NCBI RefSeq assembly: GCF_001194135.2
Contig: NC_069003.1
Span: 13,332,680-13,396,679, forward strand
Reading direction: 5' to 3'
DNA: 64,000 bases
Source of the DNA: Octopus bimaculoides
Lineage: Eukaryota
In this document: one piece after another, positions 1-10,689 of the stretch
Numbering within the stretch: the first letter of the stretch is position 1
Layout of the letters: each line of letters starts with the position of its first letter
The notes under the pieces: model-generated
Databases searched by the model: none
What the model saw: only the letters and a program-made list of their open reading frames with translations
Told to the model about the DNA's origin: nothing
Program-made: the position numbers and the translations under genes

Positions 1-379
1 TATATATATATATATATATATGCATATACATGTATCTATATATTTATACATATGTATGTATATATATATATATATATACACATATATTAATTCAGGGTAC
101 AAGATGCACCTGTTTGCTTGAAAGAAGAGTTAAACCTCTCCAAAGCCACACATGTCTCACTATATGTAAACATGCCCAGAGAATATAGCAAATATATTTA
201 GAAATAGTTTTCCCCTTTGTAAAAATACATCCTAGTATCAACTGATTTCACTTTCTGTGTTGAACCAACACTTGAAGCTCATCAGCTAGGCTTACAGCAT
301 CATCTCTTTTAAAAATATATTTACATCTACTAATGGAAATAACTAAGAGATTCTGGTGAAATATTTTATTAATGTCTAG

Positions 380-1732
380 TTACATTTATTGGATGGCATA
401 ATTAACTCAGCAAGTAAACAGAGCTGTGAAAAATCTGAGAAAAACTCTCAATCTTAGACTCATCGAAATATTTGCCATTGGCCTTGATCACAGCAGAGCA
501 TACTCTGGGTATTCTTTCTACCAATGAAAGCAAATATTTGATGGTAATATTTTGCCATTCTTCGTGTAAGAGTGTCCAGAGGTGTTTCTGCACTACTTGG
601 TTGCCGCTTTTTGACTCTGTGATCCAATTCGTCTTACACATCGGGGGATTGGGCTGGCCATTCCATTACAGTCAACTTTTTTTCATCCATTTTCTTCTGT
701 AAATAGTTTTTGCACAGCTTAGAAGTATGTTTAGAATCATTATCTTGCATCAGCATGAAATTATCACCAATCAGCCTCATCCCAGATGGAATGGCATGAA
801 TCTGGAGGACAGAGTGATACCTGTTTTGGTTCAATATTCCTGTTACCTGATGAATATCCCCAACACTACTGCCTGCAAAACACACCCAGATCATCACACT
901 TACCCCACCATGTTTTACAGTTGAAACTATACACCCAAGAGTCATTCATTCACCAATTCTTTGCCTCACATAAACTCTACACCAGGATCTGAAGTTTTCA
1001 AGTTTCAATTCATCAGTCCAGAGGACTTGTTTCCATTGATCAACAGTCTAGATTTGGTGTTTTCTGGTCCATATGAGTTGTTTACGTTTATTCATCAGTT
1101 GAAGCAGTGGTTTTCTGGTGTAGGAGACACATTAGCGTTGCTGGTTTCACTTGTGCAGTGATTTCATTTTGTGTCAGGTGCCTGTTTTAAAGACTGGTAA
1201 CTCTGATGAACTTATCCTGTGATTTAGAAATCACTTTTGGACGACCTGACTGAGTTCTGTTGTTATTTTTTTCCTGTTTCATTATACCTAGCCTTCACTT
1301 ACTTAATGTGACAATGCTTTGTCTCTTTTCATGTGATAAATTACTGGTTTTGCCCATATATCGGTTGATTTTTAGGAATTTCACTAATTTTACTTATTTT
1401 TAATAATTGAACCTGAAAGAAACAATAACACATTTAACACAGTCATTAAGTGATGTTATCTCAACCGACAGCACATAAGGAGTGGAAATAATCAAAATGT
1501 ATTGCAATGATTTTGACAACATTCCCAAATAGGCTTGCCGTCAAGAAATATGATTATTTGCATATAAAATATGTATAAATAGTGTTATTCCATATTGAAT
1601 AAATCCCAAACTTTATGCAATATGTTATTCCATATTTTTATACTAAAAAAATTATCTAAATTGATGACATTGAACTAAAAATTCCCCTTTGAAACAAATT
1701 TTGTAGGTGGTCTTAAACTTTTAGATAGTAGT
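380..1732 (-). mobile_element. Tc1-like DNA transposon remnant (one TIR-like end retained)
   Basis: Encloses the Tc1 pseudogene. The right end, read on the minus strand (CACTACTATCTAAAAAGTTTAAGACCACC), resembles a Tc1 TIR and abuts a TG/TA microsatellite. No matching left TIR was found, so the left boundary is approximate. Confidence 0.7.
402..1357 (-). pseudogene. Degenerate Tc1-family (DD34E-type) transposase
   Basis: Minus-strand translation starts MGKTSNLSHEKRQSIVTL (ATG at 1357-1355). It contains WTDE (first catalytic D, about 1020-1009), STVKHGGVSVMIWVCF, QDNDSKHTS (second D), WPAQSPD and C-terminal KANGKYFDESKI. It has several stops and frameshifts, and the LNPIE segment with the third catalytic residue is deleted. 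Confidence 0.92.
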
Positions 1733-1758
1733 GTGTGTGTGTGTGTGTGTGTATATAA

Positions 1759-1810
<52 letters not shown>

Positions 1811-2171
1811 GGAGGCAGACAAAGAGAAAGATAGACAGTCCAATAAATGATGCAATCTACTTAACTTGTAATACGTGACACATTTCACAGAAGCAATAGA
1901 GTTATTGTGAATGAGTTTAACATCAGACAAAATTCATTTTTCATTGTTTTCAGACTGAAGTTAGATAAACTGGATCATTGTTAGTGACGGATGCTGGAAG
2001 GAAGTTGTGGTTATCAGTACCGGAAATATTCTTGTTGTTCAGTTCCTGGACAGATTTAGAAGTAGTTAAACTGTGATCCACCCATGTTTTTGTTTTTGCT
2101 TGCTTTTTTCATCCATAATGCATCTTAGATTTATTTAGGTCTGTCAGGCTTTGTCGAAGAAGTTAACCCTG

Positions 2172-3265
2172 GTCCAGGAATGGGAACCATGATCTCATGA
2201 TCTTAAAGAGACTTAAACATAGGTCTCATGCACTAGGAGTCATGAGGCCAAAGTATTGCCCTTTCTCTATGGTGTATTAGTGACAGAGATTACAACACTC
2301 CCTAGCCCCTGGATGGAATGCCACTCCATTGCAAGGTTAACTTACCAGTTATTGTTGGAACTCATTTTACAGATGGTGAAATGAAGTATTTTGATTAAGA
2401 ATGCAATGGACTGCTTGGTCTGAGAATTGAAATCACAATCTTGAGGAAACTTAAATTTAAGTTTGTCATGAACCCTTGGACTTAAGGTTGGATCTTAACT
2501 CAATTTCCATGGTATATAAATGATGCTGATCTCTCACAAGGTATTTAAATGATGTATATAAATGATGCATGGTATATAAATGATGCTAATCTCTCACAGG
2601 GTTTACTTCCAAGTTATTGTTGTAATTAATTTTACAGCTGAGTGGGACTGGAGCAACATGGAACGAAGTGTTTTGCTCAAGGACACAATGCACTGCTAGG
2701 TCTGGGAATTGAAACCATGAACTTATGATCTTAAGGGGATTTAGACTTATGTGTATTATGGGCTCTAGGATTCAAAAGGCTACAGTGGAACCTGCTTTTC
2801 ATGGCATATAAGTGACTGACATTACAACACTCCCTACTGGATGGAATGCCAGTCCATCACAGGGTTAACTTCCCAGCTATTACTGGAATTCACTCACAGC
2901 TGAGTGGAGTGGAGTAACATGCAATGAAGTGTTTTACTCAAGAACACAATAGATCACCCAGTCAGGGAACTGAAACTACAATCTCACAATCTTAAAGAGA
3001 CTTAGACTTAGGTTTGTTGTGTGCCCTCAGACTAATAGGGCCACATCTTAACTCAGTTTTCATATTTATAAATGATTGATGTTACAACACTTCCCCTCAA
3101 TGGAACACTAGTCCATTGCAGGGTTAACTTCCCCACTATTGCTGGAATTCCTGTACAGCTGATTGAAGTGGAGTAACATGAAATGAGGTGTTTTGCTCAG
3201 AAACACAATAGACTGCCTGGTTGGAGAATTGAAACCATGATCTTATGATCATGAGTACAACACCC
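2172..3265 (-). repeat. Tandem array of about 4 diverged 260-290 bp units derived from a tRNA-SINE head
   Basis: Recurring blocks ATTACAACACTCCC...GGAATGCCAGTCCAT...GGTTAACTT, AAGTGTTTTGCTCAAG and GGAATTGAAACCA...ATCTT...ACTTAG recur at roughly regular spacing. The latter two are the reverse complement of the SINE head seen at 61066-61390. Confidence 0.7.
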
Positions 3266-4245
3266 TCACCACTAGACCATGTACCTTCACATCTAGGACA
3301 ATATTTTCTAATCTGTCCTACCTTTCTGTATAAAAACAATTGAGTTGCTTTCATGAGGATTTAACTGCTATTTCAAGCCAGTTGAGTGACCACATAGACA
3401 TGTCATTGACTTTCAATTACAAACATTGTTGGAGAAGGTGTGCTGTAGTTGCTATAGTATAACGGGAATGTTATAAGATATCATGTGACACAAAAGAAAA
3501 CAAGAAAAAAAAACCAACCCAGCACACCTCATTTGACCGGCTAAAAATAGAATACAAATTTACCCATCAACTTAAAGCTTATTTAACCTTTTTTGATACC
3601 GAACCAATTTTGTGTTATAAACTAATCTAATATTAAAACTTTCTTCTATCAAAATTTCATGTTAATTTACATCCCAAACACCAGCTAACAATCCTTTCTA
3701 CTATAAGCACAAAGCCTGAAATTTTGAGGGAGGGGGCTAGTTGGTTACATTGATCTCAGTACTCAACTGGTATTTATTTAATCTACCATAAAAGAATAGA
3801 AGGCAAAGTTGACCTCAGTAGAATTTGAATCCAGAACATAAAGAGCTAGAAGAAATGCTGTCAAGCACTTTGTCAGGCATGCTAATGATTTTGACAGCCC
3901 ACTGCCTTACAGCAGCTTAATAATAACAAAATTGTTTTACAAAATTCTTCATTAATTTCAAAATTAATTGAAACAAAGGCAGTGATTTCAACAAAAATAT
4001 AGTAACAAAAGGGTTAAAGTGACCTAAATTAAAACCTTCATCTATGTTAATTTGTGTTCCAAACATCATCTTAATAATCACAAAGTTATTTTACTTAATT
4101 CTATATTGTATGACTCTTTCAGTCTGTGTATTCTGCAACACATCTAAGATTTTTTCTGGTTGTATGATACAAACCTATTTTAATGAGATCTAAATTAAAA
4201 CCTTCCATCAAAATTTCATGTTAATTCATACTCCAAACACTAGCT

Positions 4246-4545
4246 CAGTGGTTCTCAAATGGGGTCCATTTGGCCCCTGGCGGTCCATATAAGAGTTTTG
4301 GGGATCCATGCAACAAAATAGTAAATTGGGGATCCACAATAATATTTTAAGGGCCTCTGAAAATCTTTTGCTTTGGATGTATGTATTGGTATTTATTACA
4401 AGAAACATTTAGGTTTCTTTCTCTAATATTTTATGTAGTTCAACCAACACAAGTTAATGTGGGAAAAGCAAAATAGGAAACTTTGTAAAAAGTTTCTATA
4501 AAACTAGTTTTTTAACATTGGATGGCTATGGGGGTCCATCAGAAT
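4246..4545. mobile_element. hAT-type MITE (CAGTGGTTCTCAA family), right end truncated, nested in a piggyBac-type MITE
   Basis: Starts CAGTGGTTCTCAAATGGGGTCCAT, like the copies at 43819 and 49831. It interrupts the AAAATTTCATGTTAATT...AACAAAGGCAGTG repeat. Confidence 0.7.
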
Positions 4546-5161
4546 AAAATATTTTAATAAATTCTTCACTATTTTCAATATAAATTAAAACAAAGGCAGT
4601 GCATTTCAACAGAAATAAAAGATTCTGATTTTCATTGTCAGTTACTCCAGAAGGAATATCACTGTTCAGTGTACCACAGCTTAAATTGTTTATTTCTGCT
4701 ACAACTCTTCCTCTCATGTCTAATTGGCCATTCATAAACCACAATCCTTCACGAGTATACAAGTCATCTTAAATAATCATCTTCATCATTTAACATCTAT
4801 TTTCAATGCTGGCATGAATTAGATGGTTTGATTGGAGACGGTAAGAGCTGCTTCAGATTCCAATCGCTTTTGGCGTAGTTTCTATAGCTGGATGCCTTTC
4901 CTAATGCCGACCATTCCACAGAATGTACTGGATGTCTTCTACATGTCACTGTCATAGGTGCCTTTTACATGTCATGTATGCATGGGTGTCTTTTATGTGT
5001 CAGCAGCACAGGTGCCATTCCTGGTTACTTGATATCATCTACTTGAGACTCAACATCTTCATCTCTTACCCATGCTTGCATCTATACAAATTTTACCCAT
5101 CAACTTTCTCTTTAAGAGATTCTTCCTGTTGTAACTTGTTCTAATTTATGAAATATACTCT

Positions 5162-5567
5162 CTTTTACTCTTTTACTTGTTTCAGTCATTTGACTGCGGC
5201 CATGCTGAAGCACCGCCTTTAGTCGAGCAAATCGACCCCAGGACTTATTCTTTGTAAGCTTAGTACTTATTCTAGTGGTCTCTTTTGCCAAACCGCTAAG
5301 TTACGGGGATGTAAACACACCAGCATCAGTTGTCAAGCTATGTTGGGGGACAAACACAGACACACAAACATATGCACGCATATACACATATATATGCATA
5401 TATACGATGGGCTTCTTTCAGTTTCCATCTACCAAATCCACTCACAAGGCTTTGGTTGGCCCGAGGCTATAGTAGAAGACACTTGCCCAAGGTGCCATGC
5501 AGTGGGACTGAACTTAGAACCATGTGGTTGGTAAGCAAGCTACTTACCACACAGCCACTCCTACGTC
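5162..5567 (-). mobile_element. tRNA-derived SINE family A (CORE-like), near full-length; one of more than 20 copies in the window
   Basis: Reverse-complement match along its length to the + strand copy at 58843-59231. It has the same head, ACCTTGGGCAAGTGTCTTCTACTATAGCC core, internal microsatellite and CAGTCAAATGACTGAAACAAGTAAAAG tail. Confidence 0.9.
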
Positions 5568-6584
5568 TATATATATTTTATAGTTATTCTTTGATAATTC
5601 ATTATTTCTTGATTTATGCACAAAACATGCATTTAACAAATTGTACATTGTGCTTATTAATAATGTTTAGTGATGTAAATAAACATTGCTGAAGGTAAGT
5701 CCTTATTTTATTAATATCTCAATCATCATCCTCATGGGTTGGATGGTCTGACCAGATGCTGGTAAGCTACACCAGGTTCCAGTCTGATTTGGCTTGGTTT
5801 CTATGGCTAGATGCCCTTTCTAATGCCAACCACTTTACAGTGGGTGCTGGGGAGCTTTTAACATGTGATTGGCACAAGCACTTTCAGATGGTACTGGCAC
5901 AAGTGCTTTTTACATGGTACCAGCACAGGAGACATGCTGGCCAATCCTCTTCACTAGGGGATGCAACCTTAACATTTCTGCTGTGGAGGATGGGTCTTCC
6001 ATGTTAACATAACACAGCCTACAACTTACATAAGGCCACACCTTCCAAGAGTAATTCTACAAAGAGATACTTGATTGCTTCCTGTGAAAACAATTTGCAA
6101 TATTCACATCAACATTATGATTGTAAAATATTATTACAATAAAATGATAATTGAAATAATATATTCCCAGGTTTTTTACCATCAATTTTGTTCAAGGTTA
6201 GAGGTTTGAGAATTGAGAAGGGGTTGAATGGTTGTTACAGTGAATTCCAGCAATAATTTTTCATGGAAATGTCACCATTGTATGAAATATTTCAAGAATT
6301 ACAGTTGAAATACATTCATTTATATTTAATATATTAATAACTTTGCAGTTAATTGTTTTCTGTTCAAATTCTTTTAAAATACAGACAAGTAATGAATAAC
6401 CACGCTCTGACTGAAAAATCCTGGTCGTTAAGCGTTGTGATAAATTAGTTTAAATTGATTAACGGTAATAGTTAATATACATTTATGATATAAAAATCAG
6501 CCAGAATATTCTTCAATGATTTATATTATTCCTTAATATCTTAACACACGAAAGAAAAAAAAAACGTTATTCATTTACTGCAGA

Positions 6585-6627
6585 TGACCGGAAGTCAGTT
6601 ATTTTTACTTCCGAGTCGAAAATCAAC
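6585..6627 (+). promoter_or_regulatory. Putative CHERP core promoter / 5' UTR with paired ETS motifs and an Inr-like element
   Basis: CCGGAAGT at 6588-6595, inverted ACTTCCG at 6607-6613 and TCAGTT at 6595-6600. CpG is locally retained (about 6400-7620) relative to the rest of the window, and the ATG lies in CAACATGG context. Confidence 0.55.
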
Positions 6628-6652
6628 ATGGATATTCCGAATCCGCCTGAAG
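6628..6652 (+). CDS. CHERP: Calcium homeostasis endoplasmic reticulum protein (SURP-domain splicing factor), coding exon 1 (MDIPNPPE, phase 1)
   Basis: ATG GAT ATT CCG AAT CCG CCT GAA G|GTAAGA with a canonical donor. It joins in frame to exon 2 (G|AT = Asp), giving MDIPNPPEDLEQKNIIDKLANFVARNGPEF, which matches the CHERP N-terminus as recalled (MEMPLPPDDQELRNVIDKLAQFVARNGPEF). Confidence 0.88.
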
Positions 6653-7264
6653 GTAAGAAAAACTATTTAAATTGTCTTTAATTTGAATTATTTCGATATT
6701 ATCGAATGATCGAACCACAAGACATCTATCGTGCTTTGTTTGCTACTACTGAACGAAGTACAGTAGCAATATACAGGCTGCGTGATACAATCTTTAATAG
6801 ACATGTGTGGCTGTCGTCCGGTGCCAAAACATGTTTTTACGAAGACAACCCGAACGTTAATTGCCAGATTTTATCTGTTTATTCCGAAATATTTCATATT
6901 TTTCCGACTGATAATTGATCCAAATAATATTTAGTATCATATGAATAATTTTGACGCTTTATATAAACATTTTACATGTTACATACCACTTTATGTATCT
7001 ATGTTCACATCGCAACCGCCAACGTTTCACTTTCAGCGAATTTAATTAAACATTTAGAATCTATTTCGTAAATCAAAGAATTAATAAGATTAATTCTAAT
7101 AAACATGTATGTATATTTATGTATGTGTGTGTGATTATGTATTTTCCTCTGTGGAGAGACGAAATGACTGAATAAATACGATATTGTTATTGCCGGTTGG
7201 TGATTTTTGTTTCAATCAGCTGCTGTTGCGTTTCGTTTCGTTTCATTACGGACAGTTTGCGTAA

Positions 7265-7590
7265 TTCAACATAGGCTAAGTCCACCTAGTTGGATTGGAG
7301 AGAAGTAATTGACCGATATAGCAAAAGTTAACTTTCGATACGCTAGCGTCCTCTCCTGAAGGAGACATCTCGTGGCGAAAGTAAAGAATACGCACACCCG
7401 GTGTTTAGGTTTAGGGTTAGGGTTTTTGTTACGCCGAAAATTGGTGGTGTACGTATTTTTTACTCCGCTCATCTCGTACCTTCTTAACATAGTTCAACAT
7501 AGGCTAAGTCCACCTCGTTAGAGAGAGATAATTGGCTGATATACTGAAAGTTAACTTTCGATTGACTTGCGTCCTCTCCAGAAGCAGACC
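7265..7590. repeat. Diverged direct duplication of about 100 bp (7265-7365 and 7493-7590)
   Basis: Both copies begin with the identical 23-mer TTCAACATAGGCTAAGTCCACCT. Both retain AAAGTTAACTTTCGAT and GCGTCCTCTCCnGAAGnAGAC. Confidence 0.9.
7374..7469. mobile_element. 96-bp MITE with an 8-bp TSD and an internal TTAGGG core, Merlin-like
   Basis: Imperfect TIRs of about 24 bp (GGCGAAAGTAAAGAATACGCACACC / GGTGTACGTATTTTTTACTCCGCT). Perfect flanking direct repeat CATCTCGT at 7366-7373 and 7470-7477. Internal TTTAGGTTTAGGGTTAGGG. Confidence 0.75.
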
Positions 7591-8835
7591 TGTCTCTCTT
7601 TACTCGTTAACGTTAACCGAAGTTGAAAACCCTTTCAATGGATTCCTGTTGTTTAACTTCTAACACTTGATGTGCATTTGATGGTTACAGGTTCCCAACG
7701 AACCTGCCTCTAATTAACAGCATTTATGTTAGCCAAAGTGACAGACAGGGATGCTTCCACACTCAGAAATCTTGTTCCAGAGCACCACACGTATTCATAT
7801 ATAACTGGCTTCCAAAGACTTTAATATTTTAATTTTTTTTTAGTACAAGGCCAGCAGTGTTAGGAGGAGGGGATTAATTGATTACAGGACTTTAAAGATC
7901 CTGAAAAGAAGAAAGGCAAAGTTGACCTTGGTAGGATTTGGACTTGGAATGTAACAAGCCAAAAGAAATGCTACTAAGCATTTTATCCAGATGCAAAGGT
8001 GATCCCACCAGTTCACCGCCCTTCCAAAGTCACTGATCAACCCAAAGCTATGATAGAAGATTGCTGTACCATAGGATGGAACTGGGTACTATGTGATTGC
8101 AAAGCAAACTTCCTCGCCATACAGCTCTGCTTTTAGCCTAATCAAAATACTGGATAATTGATTAATTAACTGACAAACCTGTGTAAGTAAGAATGAAATT
8201 ATTGCCACAAGACTAAAAACTATGGAACTGCACATCTATGTCTGGGCTCAAGTGAAAAGAAATAACTTTTCTTATTTCTACAGCATGAAGGCATCTCGCA
8301 GGCGTCATTTAAATACTTTACACCATTGGTCTCCCCAATATAGTTTTGTCCCACAGACTGATTTCACACAGGACAACTTTTCTATGGACCAGGGGATCAT
8401 GTGCATAACAAAACAATAAATTACATAATGATATATGTAATTTAATTATTGCGTATAATGATACAGATGTATTACATATATAGTACATGTAAGTTATGTA
8501 TATACCACACACATTATGTGGGGGCACATGGCTTAGTGGTTAGAGTAAGATTGTGGTTTTAATTCTTGGACCAGGTAATGTGTTGTGTTCCTGAGCAGAA
8601 CACTTCATTTCACATTACCCCAGTCCACTCAGCTGACAAAAATGAGTATTTTCTGCGCCAGACTGTCCTGTTGCGCCATGGAAACTGGGAAGCTGACTCT
8701 ATGAGTTCATATGACTCAGAAAGGATCTTGATCCCTTATTGTTTTTGTTACCAGCAGAAGTATTAAGGCTGCATCCCCTAGTGAAGAGAATTGGACTGCA
8801 AGAGTCCTGTATGAGTGTCACATAGGAGTGCTTGG

Positions 8836-8998
8836 GTCGGTGCCACATTAAAAGCACCCAACACACATTGTAAAATGGTTGGCATTAGGAGACCAAGCCA
8901 AATCAAACTGGAACCTGGTGCAGCTCTCCAGCTCTGATCAAACCATCTAACCCATGTCAGTGTGGAAGACCAATGTTAAATGATGATGATGATGATGA
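8836..8998 (+). mobile_element. RTE-LINE 3' tail / RTE-tailed SINE family D ending in (GAT)n; many copies (e.g. 11110-11402, 32020-32245, 33490-33757, 48780-48998)
   Basis: Shared motifs AAAAGCACCCA...GGTTGGCATTAGGAAGGGCATCCAG...AACCCATGCnAGCATGGAA...GTTAAATGATGATGAT, with a short tandem (GAT)n tail typical of the RTE clade. Confidence 0.8.
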
Positions 8999-9059
8999 CA
9001 TATATAATGCAAAAACACCCTGCAGACTCATTAGACTGATCAATGTTCAATATTTTAAA

Positions 9060-10016
9060 TCTGGGTTTGTCCCCATTAACAGAGGTGGCCAGATCTACCT
9101 CACTCTTACAGCAACCGCTCTCTCACACCATCTCGCCATCTCACCTTCCTCAAGCCAACCCTCCCAATCTCCTCCTCCACTTGTCCCCTTTTCTTTGGTC
9201 AACCTTGCTTTCGCGGTTCATTCACTTTAAACTCAAGCACTCTCCTCAGAACATGATCCTCATCCCTCCTCAACACATGTCCATACCACCACACTCCATT
9301 CACCCTTGCCAGCTGTTCCACTGATTCCTCCAACCCCAGCATCCCCATCAAGTCCTCAGCCCTCCTTTTATCCAATAGTTTCACACCACACATTGCTCTC
9401 TTGGTTCTTCTCAAAATTGGCATTTCACTTTCCCTCAGACACCATGTCTCACTTGCGTACAGCATTGCAGATTTCATGCAACTCCAATAAACCCTTTCTT
9501 TCATCTTCAAGGAGAACCTTTTCCCATATAACAAAGCTCCACATTCCCTGAACTTCACCCAGCCAAGTCTTGTTCTTGCTGTCACAGCTGCTTCACATCC
9601 ACTATATCTTCCAAATAACAAAACCCTCTCACTGTTTCCACCTCACCACATAACGTTTCCACTGGTTCCGCCAGTCCTCTATCTTCCACAAATAAAATCT
9701 CTTGCCAGTCTTAGGCCACCTTCTTCATTTTCGTACATCTACCATGAATCTATTTCCCACATCTTGTACACAGCACCACATTTGCCATTACCCTCCACCC
9801 ACACACAGACCACATGGATCTACCTTACTCACTAACACTTCTCCTTCCACTCCGCTCACCATCACCTTTGTCTTCCTGAGGTTTACCTTCAAACACCTTC
9901 CATTTCTGAAACTTCTTCAATCCCTCCATTGTCTCACTCATCAGAACAAGTTCATCCGCATACAGTATCTCCATTATCAATCTCTCTCTTGCACTCTCCG
10001 TCACCACATCAACCAC
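9060..10016 (-). mobile_element. RTE-clade LINE fragment (RT C-terminal half), 5'-truncated and degenerate
   Basis: ORF 9825-10016 contains ILYADELVL (YADD-like motif). ORF 9199-9621 contains GCEAAVTARTRLGWVKFRE...AMLYASETW...WYGHVLRRDEDHVLRRVLEF. Confidence 0.92.
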
Positions 10017-10689
10017 TAGAATAGAAATAAAATTGTAGCATTAGTTCTGTGTGGCCCAGTACCAAATGCTCCATGGCCTGGTGGTTGGGGAATCCTGCTT
10101 TACGGGATTGACTACATTAGCTGTAGAAAAATGGGATAGATAGATGCTTATGAATGCAAAGTCCTTTCCAGCTGAGGAATGTTTAACCCAACATAGTTTA
10201 GTGGCTAGCAACTTCAGACTTAGAACTAAAAGGATTTAAAGACATAAATCAGTCTGGAAAAAAAGTTATGTAAACTTTAAGATTCAGTGAACAGGCAGAA
10301 ATTTTGAGAAATACCAGCTGGAGCATTTGATGATGCTGATGATGAGAAGGAGATAAAGACTTATAATGTAGAGGAGAGTTGGAAGTTCCTTTGAGACAAC
10401 CTATTGAGGGTGATTGACCAAACCTGTAGCTGGTGTAAAGTTCTAGCCAGACCAAGGGTGACATGGTGGTGGAACAATGAAGTAGGCAGAACCATAGAAG
10501 TGAAGGGGCAGGCATGGAAGTAGTAGAAGAATGGAGGGAGCAGAGAAATATACCAATGGCTAGAAAAGAAGCTTGGCAACAGGTCTGTCTAGTAAGGGAA
10601 AATCAGAGAGGAAGAGGTTTGCTAATCTTCAAGTGTGAAGACTAGAGGCATGAGGTTTTCCAGACTGCAAGACAATGTGTCAGACAAAA

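Noticed and set aside
5671-5700. 24-nt exon-like segment with TTTAG acceptor and GAAG|GTAAGT donor upstream of CHERP
   Set aside because: Stops occur in all three frames and there is no supporting context. It could at most be a non-coding exon and is plausibly a chance match.
7405-7423. Telomere or chromosome-fusion relic from TTAGGG repeats
   Set aside because: Only about 2-3 units, enclosed by TIRs and a TSD; better explained as the MITE interior.
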